A stretch of DNA of 64,000 nt, from positions 111,042,001 to 111,106,000 of the forward strand of contig NC_043003.1 of assembly GCF_006345805.1 (NCBI RefSeq), read 5' to 3'. This stretch comes from Octopus sinensis (taxonomy: Eukaryota). Each line of letters starts with the position of its first letter. Positions within the stretch are counted from its first letter, which is position 1. Positions 53,370 to 64,000 of the stretch are shown here, piece after piece. The position numbers were made by a program, and so were the translations under genes. The notes below the pieces were generated by a model, which worked only from the letters and a program-made list of their open reading frames with translations, had not been told where the DNA came from and ran no database searches.

Positions 53370-54900
53370 AAGCAGTGGTCGTTTACATGATGAGAGACAT
53401 ATAGATGAACTAAAAGAAGGCAATAAAACTAATAGCAACATGACAGATGAACAAAAGGAAATATACGACAAAATAAAGGTAAGAGTGCAGGAGAACGATA
53501 GCGATATTATTTGCAGCCTTAAAAAGGTTGATCGATGGAAATTGAAACAAGAAACGAAAAATGTCAATGACATTCTGAAATATATCAGAACAAACAACAT
53601 CGCAGAAACAAATAATTTGATCAAGGCAGCAAGTATTGTTATAGCAGAAAATCTGAGTGTCGATGTCAAGAAAAAGAAACATAATTGAAGTGACAAAAGA
53701 AAAGATCCATGCAGGAAAAAAAGAATAAAAGCAGAGTTAGACATGCTCTCGAAGGAAATATCTGTGTATTAGACCGAAAAGAGAAAGGGGAACTTAACAG
53801 CAAACAAAAATACAGGGCTCTGAAAAGGAGGTATAGTATTGAAAGTAATGGCCTGAAAGTAGTATTGGAGGAACTGAAACAGCGCCTCGTTGCAAAGAAA
53901 GCAAAGATAGTAAGATGCGATTAAAGAACGAAGGGTTACCAGCAGAATAGGTTATTCAGAGTAGATCAGAGATTCTATAAAGAAATAAATGGAGAGTGTA
54001 CAGATGAAAAGTTGATACCAAATAACATTGAAAGTCAAATGTTTTAGAGCGATATCTGGAGCAAAGACAAGGAGCACAAGAAGGATGCTGAATGGTTGCA
54101 AGAACTGAAACGAACAGAATTCTGTCCGAAAGAGGTAGAACTAATCATTTCAGTTAAGGAATTGAAGGGAATCAGCCAAAAAATGAGCAACTGGAAGGCC
54201 CCGGGAACTAAAGGAGTTCAAGGCTACTGGATCAAAAGATTTGGTTAATTTCATGCACGAATATAGCTACGCAACTCAACGTCTTGTGCAATGCCGACCG
54301 AGGAACACTAGAGTGGTTGAAATTGGGTAGGACAGTGCTGTGCCTGAGAAACATCGAAAAAAGCAATACGGTAGACAATTAAATGCCGATATCATGTTGC
54401 CACTTATGTGGAAGATATTGTTTGGAATATTCGCAGATTCAATGTACGAGCATCTGGAAAAAAATGGAATCCTGCCACATGAGCAGAAGGGTTACAAGCA
54501 TAAGTGCAGGGGTACCAAAGATCAACTTCTGGTAGATACAGCTGTACTCAGAGATTAAAAGAGGAAGCGTGGCTTAGCCATGTCATGGATTGACTATCGT
54601 AAGGAGTACGATGTGATCCCACATTCTTGGATAATGGAATGTTTTAACCTGTTTGGTATTGCATCGAATATTGAACGATTGCTTGAAAAACGTATAGCGA
54701 ATTGGAGGACGGACCTGACAGCATACATAATAAGTTTAGGAACAGTAGAAATTAGGAGGGGCATCTTACAAGGGGACTGCCTGTCCCCACTGATCTTTGT
54801 ACTGACGCTGATTCTGAGGAAAATAAAAGCTGGGTATGAATTCAAAAGCCGCCAACAAAACGTCATCGATTTATTATTCATGGATGACAGAAACGTTTAA
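53370..54900 (+). mobile_element. Degenerate R4/Dong LINE (N-terminus to RT)
   Basis: [52 protein letters not shown] and LLFMDD. Confidence 0.85.
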
Positions 54901-54972
54901 ACAAGTGAATTAGTCATAAACTAACAGAGCTCAAAAAAACACACCTTTAGCTATGGTAACAACAACAACAGC

Positions 54973-55013
<41 letters not shown>

Positions 55014-57139
55014 CGTTGATGACGACGACGACGATGACGACAACGACAATGATGATGATGATGATGATGATGATTTATTTTGTTGGCCACAGGATCGTAA
55101 CCCATTGAGGGCAATGCAAGGTCTAAATACAAATACACAAATGTGAGGTTTATATGAAGGGAAATAGTCATCAAAAACCAAAAGTATAAAGAATACAAGA
55201 AAGAATTTCAACAACAAAAGTTCTCGAGTAAAGAAAATTACATCCTCAAGTTCACAACGGTGGAAGCACTTACAGATCCAGCATTAATCAGCCTTCTTCC
55301 GTTGGAACCCTTCAAACTCATCACACTTTCCACTTTCACCCACAATTCATTGATGCCACTCGATTTGATATGAATAGAATGGAAAAGAAAATACTTGTTA
55401 CAACGCGTTAAGATCTGACCGTTACCCAACCTATGTCATCCCTATGACAAGATTGTTATTAAATGAGTACGTTAAATTAGATAAAGATTAAATGAAAAAT
55501 GTATGAGATTATATAAGAAAATACTAAACTACAAGAGCATATATTACGACAAACAATTACATAACATATAGATTGGCATTAAACAATCTACTACTGCGCT
55601 CTTCCTGCATTTTGTTGTATAGTGGCTGGCTATACGTATGGTACTCTAAAGCAGTTTTTTGTTGGCCAGTCTAAAAGGCTGCTAAATCTGTAGTTTCATT
55701 TTGATTGTTATTACGTTAGGAAATTGTATCTTAGTTTAGGCAATCATCTTTGATATGTTATTTAATAATCCGCTGTTTAGTCTCAAACAAATACCTTTCA
55801 TATTCCCCTTTTACACCTTTTTTCATTCTAATTTAAAGCCGTTTCCGTTTTGTAGACGCCCAGTTAATTCTCTCTGTCGACTTCATATTATTTTAAGAGG
55901 AGGAGGTCCTCTTTATGTGGTTTGCTTTTTTCTCCAACTTCTTTCTTCTTTACTTATTTTTTATCTTCTACACTTATCTCTAAGTACTCTCAAAATGTTC
56001 ATAGATCTCATCCATTGCATGAAGATATATGGTGACATGGAGATATTTTTGTGTGTCTGAGAGCATTAACCGATTCAGGGATGAAGAATGAGACAATCCC
56101 TGAGCCATTGATGGAAATTTAAAAGGACGTTGTTGAAGGGTGGGAAGTTTTCAGATGCGTACTCCAGTTGCTAATTTCCTCTTGGTATTCGATTTTTATT
56201 TGGCTTTCAAGCCACTTGTGATTGAAAATATTCATATGACATTTACTCCATCAGCCTCAACCACTTAGCTAAGTACCATTGGTGTATGTACTCAAATTTC
56301 TGTCTTGGACAGGATATAGCTAGCTCAAATATATCTCTAAATATTTAAGATTTCATAAGGACTTGAACATTGATTTGCTTATCACCCGGCCTTATTATGC
56401 TACACAGGTAACAAGAAGCCAAATACACGTACGATAAGCCTGATTCTCATATTTTCGTTACACTGTCGTCATATCAACTACATTGCAAGAGCATGGATGT
56501 GTTTATATAACACTAACTCTGCTTGTAGACCTTTCTTTCAGTCGCGAAATGACGCAGACGCTATCCCATACACCATGCATGTTACTGTATAAAACGCTGG
56601 CCACGACTCTATTGATAACGTCTCAAAATGTATAATCCCCGCTTCTCTCTCTTTCTCTCCCCCCAGTCTCTCTTCCATTGTGAAAAATGTGTCAACATTC
56701 TCATAGAAGATCTTGCGTGAAATCCTAAACAAACTAACAAATTTCTGCCAACATTATCTTACTGTCTGGATCATTTTTATATCTAAAATTTCTTTATCAG
56801 ATATATTTGCGAAGGCTTGAGGGCAACGTCGTGTATTCACATTGTCGTCGCAGTCGTTTCCGTGTTGCTATCAACGGATTAAACAGAATCTTTCTCATTC
56901 TTATTAGGTACAACAGCAACGTTATATTTCTATGTTAAATGTTCTCAGATTTCTTTCTTGCATGATTACGTGTTTTTCTGTACAACTCAGTGATTTCATG
57001 GGGAGAAATACTCTAATGTTATTTTGTTCTCATTATGATTTCAGAAAAGTTATTCAAAAACGTATATTTTAACCAAAACAAAATAAAAATCACAACTATT
57101 CACCTTTAATATAATCCGAAAAAAAATTCACATATTCAG

Positions 57140-57340
57140 CCGCAGAAGTGGCTGTGTGGTAAGTGGCTTACTTACCAACCACATGGTCCCGGGTTCAGTC
57201 GCACTGCCTGGCACCTTGGGCAAGTGTCTTCTTGTTCTATAGCCTCGGGCCGACTAAAGCCTTGTGAGTGAATTTGATAGACGGAAACTGGAAGAATCCC
57301 GTCGCATATATGAATATGTGTTTGTCCCCCAACATCTCTA
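57140..57340 (+). mobile_element. tRNA-derived SINE, family 2
   Basis: gtggctgtgtggtaag..accaaccacatggtcccgggttcagtc..ggcaccttgggcaagtgtcttc. Confidence 0.8.
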
Positions 57341-57488
57341 CCTTCCTTTTTTGTACAAATGTGTATTATATTATATAAGTGTAGCATTATGATGTATAAG
57401 TTTTTATATTTTACATTTTTATATTTTTATATTTATATGTATATGATTGTATAATATTTTTCACTATTATAACAAATTTAATTTAATT

Positions 57489-57596
57489 CTCTGAAGAGGC
57501 CGTGGGGCATCCTTGTTAATGCCTCATTTATACCTGCCTTTATGGCTTATAGGTTAAATGAGGTATGACTGTCCTCACTGCCGAAACAGCTGTCAG
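57489..57596 (+). ncRNA. Type I hammerhead ribozyme motif with extended helix II
   Basis: ct CTGAAGA GGC.GTGGGG..ATGCCTCATTTA..TAAATGAGGTAT..CCTCAC.GCC GAAA C-agct-G TC ag. About 200 bp of tail then (TA)n follow. Confidence 0.75.
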
Positions 57597-57934
57597 TTTT
57601 GATTTATTTGCATATTATATTTGAAAATTTTTTACTTATATCTCTTTATCTTTTTACTATTACTGTATATCTCATTTCATTTTATGTATTGCCTTTACTC
57701 ATATGTAATGGTGTATTAAAGTATGGATTAAGTATCATCGGATAGTTGATGTTTTACTGATTTAAGTATGTTTCTCCATTCTCTAATTTTGTAATATATA
57801 TATATATATATATATTTAAAATATATATATACATATATGTATATATTTAATATATATATATATATATATAATATATATATATATATATTTAAGATATATA
57901 TACACATATATATATATATATTAAGATATATATA

Positions 57935-58167
57935 TATATATATAAGATACATTTATATATATTATATAATACATATATATGTGCTCATACATGCACACAA
58001 ACACACACACATATATATATATATATATAAAAACACACACCCACACATATGTATATATACATACACTCATGCAGACCCGTATGTGTAATGTGTGTGAACG
58101 AAGTCACGTGCTATTTTTTAATTTCTGTATTCTCTGTATATATTTAATATATATATGTATATATTTA

Positions 58168-58243
<76 letters not shown>

Positions 58244-58245
58244 AG

Positions 58246-58280
<35 letters not shown>

Positions 58281-58478
58281 ATATATATATATATTATATA
58301 TATATAATATATATATTTAAGATATATATACATATATATATATATTTAAGATATATATATATATATATATATTTAAGAATATATATATATACATATATAT
58401 ATATATATTATATATATTAAGATACATTTATATATATTATATATATACATATATATATGTGCTCATAGATGCACACAA

Positions 58479-58511
<33 letters not shown>

Positions 58512-58620
58512 AAGACACACACCCACACATATGTATATATACATACACTCATGCAGACCCGTATGTGTAATGTGTGTGAACCAAGTCACGTGCTATTTTT
58601 TAATTTCTGTATTCTCTGCC
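57935..58620 (+). repeat. Direct duplication of about 200 bp within a (TA)n field
   Basis: gtgctcata.atgcacacaaac..gcagacccgtatgtgtaatgtgtgtgaac.aagtcacgtgctatttttt..ttctgtattctctg at about 57980-58137 and 58458-58618. Confidence 0.85.
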
Positions 58621-59255
58621 CCTTTTCGTTGTATCAATATTATTTATATTTGTTAATCTATTTTTTCTTTTTTATTTTTGGGTTGTCACGTTATCACTTT
58701 TAGTATATATATCTAACGTAAGGGCGCCAGCTTGCAGTATAGTGGCGGCCAAATTTTAGCAGCATTTGCTGACTCTTTGCAATGTTTGAGAGCTATATAT
58801 ATCTAACACATATCTAACAATAAGAACACGTATTAGTATACAACTTTTAAATTAGCAATCACATGTATTTTATACCAAATCACTCCGGTAATCCGCTGAG
58901 AAACTCTAGAATACATAGCGAAATCTTTCATCTGAAACTGAAGGATATTCACCTCATTTAGCCACCCACAATATACACATAACTTATACAACATGGAGTT
59001 AAATAACTGGAGATGAAGCTTACAATTTCCAATCTTCATAAGTCAAAATCTCGGTGTATCTGTTCTTTTACTGTATGTGGTATTTTCTATAAACGAATTT
59101 TATCCTACATTATGCTATGTAATTGTAATGACATTATAAATCATTTGATTAATATGCGCAATTTGTAATTTTGAAACGTATGGTAGATGTGCATCTGCCA
59201 TATCACATACGATTTATTTGGTTGAATATATGCCGAGGATTAACATATATTTATC

Positions 59256-59321
<66 letters not shown>

Positions 59322-59409
59322 TGTGTGTTTGTATGCATATATTATGCATGTATTCTGTATGTATGTATGTATATATGTATATGAATATGTGTATATTTAT
59401 ATTTTATCG

Positions 59410-59692
59410 TTTACATATTTCAGTCATAAGCCCGCAGACTTGCTGAAGTACAGCATAGTAGATATTTGTCAGACAAATCGACTTGAATAAATTTTTCAAA
59501 GTCTGTCACTGGACGTAAATATTCAATCCCAGTTGCCGAACGATGGGGAAGAGGTGACAGAAATAAGTACAAAACACGCACACACATGGATATATACACA
59601 TATATTCCAAATCTACTTACAAGACACTGGTCGACTTTAAGAAATTGTAGATGACGCCAGCCCAACGTGTGACACAGTGTGCCTGAACCCAT
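59410..59692 (-). mobile_element. SINE family 2, highly diverged
   Basis: Contains tttcagtcat..gc.gc..tgctg.ag.ac, gacgtaaa.a..ca and ctgaaccc, as in 34330-34625. Confidence 0.5.
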
Positions 59693-61305
59693 ATATATGC
59701 ATACAGAGATTGAGAGATAGAGAGAGAAAGTGAGAGAGAAATAGATTCAGCTTTCGTTTGAAATCTTATTATGATATATCTTTAGACATGCTGTAGTATA
59801 CTTCTTCATGTTATGGTACACGTCTATCCCAGTAATAACACATAGCACGAATACTGTATTTTTCATGCAACGAAATAAATACATATTGAATAACACGTTA
59901 CAACATAAAAATAATTATTTTAAATGAAATAAATATAATTCCCTATTGATCAATTTCAAAGATATTAGTAAACCAACTGAAATTTTGCGAACTGAAATAG
60001 AAAGAAGTGCTATATATTCATTTACAATCTTTATATAATATATGGCGGCAAGCTGGATTAAATCTTAGCTCTCTGAGAAATTGTTAGCTCTGAGGGCAAT
60101 CGTTAGCTCTCCGGCCATTCCGGTTCAAACACGCTTATTTCAGCGTTAAATTTACACCCACTATTATGAATCAGGCGCATCTACATGTAACAAAATGCAA
60201 TTGATAATTGCTGATGTCCATCAAGGTATGTAATATATTAGCGTCCTAAAATAGGAACTAACTAAAAACAACTTTGGAGTGTGTTAATTTTGCTCGGCTT
60301 TGTGTCTCAATAAATAAATTTGTAGATAATCTCTAACATTTTATATTTAAACAAGAACTAATTTTTTAAAGGTCTTATAATTATTATTAAACATTTTTGT
60401 TACAATAATTCCATTAAAATAGATTAAATTTAGATCCATTCATCTTGAAATTAATGAAGAATATATTGAAATAAGATTGTCGTTATTAAACTCTTCGAAC
60501 AAAAATTAACAGGAAATGTTGTTAGGTTTTACTTTAGAATTCTTCAAAAGAACAAAAAAAAAAAAGCCTCAAAGAACTGGTGGCGGTCTCGGGTGGATTG
60601 GCATTAAAGTAGCTGAAGAAATATTGGAGGATAAATTGTAGAACAACTCCTTCGTTCTGAACCAGTTTAATATCCGTTAAGGTAAAAATACTGACAGACA
60701 GTTTCGAAGCATATTATCTGTGGTATTGTATACAGGATAACTAATTAAATGGAAATATATGCTGTCTCATTAAATATAGAGATCAGTAGAGTGTTAAAAC
60801 TGACAGCAAATCGAGAATTTAGAATACGCATTTAAAGTTTTAATTTTTTGGCTTTATATTTAATTTTTTCCATGTGGCCATCACGTATAATGATCTTTTT
60901 TTATTGTATTCTTCGTTTGAAGAAAGAATAAACGGCTTGAATTCGGAGCTTGTCTCTGAGACTGAAAATATCTTCGATATCAAATGAATACGACAGAGTT
61001 GCATATTTTTTGTTTATATTTTTCATGTTATGGTGATTATTGAGCAGATTGTTCAGTACGTTTCAAAATAGATAATGTATATTGACAACCTATTCGCTGG
61101 TGATATAGTATAATGTTTTAGTCGAACTGACATGTCAAGCACGAACGTAGAAGTTAACTGCTTTAATCATCTAAAGATTTTTAGAAGCTTCTCATTGAAA
61201 TTCAATACATCAGTCCTAGCAAAGAAAATATTTTTAAAAACATTTATGCTAACATGTCAGTGTATGTATTACTTATGTATGTAAATATGTATCTCTCTCT
61301 CTCTT

Positions 61306-61355
<50 letters not shown>

Positions 61356-61419
61356 GTGTGTGTGTGTGAATATATATATATATATATATATTTACATACC
61401 TTTGTGTATATATATATAC

Positions 61420-61525
<106 letters not shown>

Positions 61526-61822
61526 TATATATATATACATTTACATACCTATGTGTATGTATATATATACATATATATATATTACGTACGTCTCCTTCCT
61601 GAAATGTCTTCTCTAGATCTTCTCATTAAGAAATAGAAAAATATTCAGTAAGTTTTAATAGTTTTCCAATATTATATAACCTTTTTATCAGAAACTATGC
61701 ATCGCGTCTTACCAGACGTAACTAAATATCAGTAAATTGCGTGAAAGTATTTGGTAAGTAATGCAATTCCAAATCGTGCAATAATTCTACTCTGATCCTG
61801 CGACGTCCCTTCCAGGAAGGCA

Positions 61823-61882
<60 letters not shown>

Positions 61883-62109
61883 CTGGTAAACCGACTTTAT
61901 AAACTTCTAGCAGGGGAAGGAGTATTTATAATACTTTGAATTATTGCACTGAGGAATCGATGCAAAAGTATATGCGTGTATGTGTCTATATTTAATGCTT
62001 GATAATGTCAGTACATATCCTCATCTGCATATATATATATAAATATGAATATATATATGAATATATACATACATGCACACGCACATCCACACACACATGT
62101 ATGTATATC

Positions 62110-63226
62110 ACACCATATCGGACATAACGTTTGGGGCACTCGATGTCTTAGCGGCAATAAACAAAATTAATCACAATTCAGTTATAGTCGAAGGAGTAAA
62201 ATCAAACCCAGCCAAAGTCAGTAGTGGTGATCCACAAGTCACTGTGTTGGACCCGCTACTTTCATCTACATCAACGACATTACTGACATCATGAAGTACA
62301 GCATTATAAGAATCTTTGCAGATGATTCCAAGATGCAGGTAATCATTGAAATGGTTGACTGGGGAGGACTTCAAGCAGATCCACTGGATGTCGTTCAATG
62401 GGGGAGGGATATGTTGCTAAACGAGGACAATGTGAGTTAATTCACTTCGGAAAACAGGACACCCTTACTTCCCGTGAAGCTCTCATGGCATACAGCAACA
62501 TCAGAGACTTGGGAGCAATTGTGAACAACAACAAAAGCTGGACCGCTCATATAAACAGCAGAGTTCACATGGCCCGCAGAATGTGTTCCTGGATTCTCAG
62601 AGCATTCCTGACGAGAGATATCCACACCATTATCCTTCTCATCTCCACTTGTGCCCGACCACACTGTGGTCTCCCACACAAAGCAAAGTATCATGAAAGC
62701 TGAAGCATTTCGAAGGTTAATTGCAAAAAACATAGATGGCATGACAGGCCTTGGCTATTGGGGCCGACTAGAAAAGCTCACGCTTTATTCTCTCCAACGT
62801 CGCCGTGAGCGCTACATCATCAGCATGAGGTGGACAATATTCCATCAGCATTGCCCAAATGACGTTGCCATTGCCTTTGATATAAACTGAAGTATTGGGC
62901 CCCGTCTCACCTGCCCACAGCATAAATCATACACGCATCACATAACAATATGTCACAATTATTTCACCTCATTTGGCCCCGCTCTCTATAAAATTACACC
63001 AAAGCACATTAGAGCAAAAACAGGTCCCATAAAGTTTAAGAAGTCTTTCAACAAATTCCTTCAAAAGGTCATGGATAAACCTACTACATCCGGATATGTC
63101 TCCGTAAACAATAACTCTCTGCTCGAGGTATTTCCGATTCGTGATTTGTATAACTTTGCTGGGTGGTGCTATTTAATTAGACATGGCCTGGGCCAACACT
63201 GGCCGAAACCTATCAAAGTATCACAG
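62110..63226 (+). mobile_element. CR1-like LINE 3' portion with 3' terminus preserved
   Basis: SSGDPQ..VL.PL, SFADDSKM, LIHFGK, IRDLGAIV, Y..RL..L.LYSLQRRRERY and F....P.L. The 3' UTR has a GGCCA-acac-TGGCC hairpin and short tail repeats before (TA)n. Confidence 0.85.
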
Positions 63227-63228
63227 TT

Positions 63229-63260
<32 letters not shown>

Positions 63261-63270
63261 AAATATACGT

Positions 63271-64000
63271 AATATAAATCGGAAGAGGAAAATTTCAGTT
63301 GTCACTAATTATGACCGACGGTGTTGAGTAGCACATACATTGTCAGAAATAAGCGCTAAAAGCCATTATAGCCGAAGGAAGCATACCACAGCGATCGAGA
63401 TCACAATACTAGTCTAGTTACCACTTAGAATTAATGCTCATTATTGGTGCTAATCCATTATGAAATGGTTTGGCTACATTTCAACTGTCAGTATATAGTA
63501 TTTCATATATGAATAAGTGGCTGATTCAGCAAAATGGTAATTTGAAATTTAGAAAATATGAAAGCGGATATACGAAATATAAAATCAAAAAGGAAAGATC
63601 AATTGTCACTGAGAGTGTGGGAGAGCACATACATTGTCAGGAATAAGGCCCCTTATAGCTGCAGAAATCTCACTATGCAATGACAGGGTAGATAACAGCC
63701 ACGTGCCAAGTGAGATCACAATAAAATCTAGTAGCTCTTAGTTATATCAATATAGATGCTACGCTGTACCGTCAGTCACAACTAGTGACAATTGTGTAGC
63801 GTAGAGCGCCAGTTTCCGGTCAACCCACCCACGGGCATATATGTTTATATCATGAAAAGTTATGGATGATATAATACATCGCTAATGTCTACACAAATAA
63901 TTAAATGAGGCAGCTAATTAGCAATATTTAAACAGAAAAAGGAAAGCAGTAAATATCATTATGTTTGAGGGTGTTAAGAGCACATGCACAGCTAGAAATG
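63271..64000 (+). repeat. Degenerate tandem repeat, unit about 305-345 bp
   Basis: aatat..aa..aggaaa..agcacat.ca..agaaat recurs at about 63271, 63577 and 63923; gagatcacaat..tag recurs at about 63397 and 63712. Confidence 0.65.

Overview
AT-rich, microsatellite-saturated eukaryotic (animal) DNA; the SINE families and repeat style suggest an octopus or other coleoid cephalopod (inference). Most ORFs in the supplied track are microsatellite translations. One host exon is recognisable: a 138-nt minus-strand exon (36857-36994) of a GABA-B receptor subunit 2-like class C GPCR, so much of the window is probably intron. The rest is retroelement and transposon material: a near full-length R4/Dong-type LINE (28401-32270) plus fragments, a Neptune-type Penelope-like element (PLE) with inverted pseudo-LTRs (37682-41203), and RTE, CR1-like, L1/Tx1, Helitron, Tc1/mariner fragments and tRNA-SINEs. 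Two observations stand out. (1) A diverse set of short, mostly non-coding, often fold-back elements sits in (TA)n arrays and carries minimal type-I hammerhead ribozyme motifs. (2) A 5S rRNA-headed SINE (15561-15759) has a 3' tail nearly identical to the 3' end of a CR1-like LINE in the same window (63162-63226). All alignments and folds were done by eye; no database searches were run.
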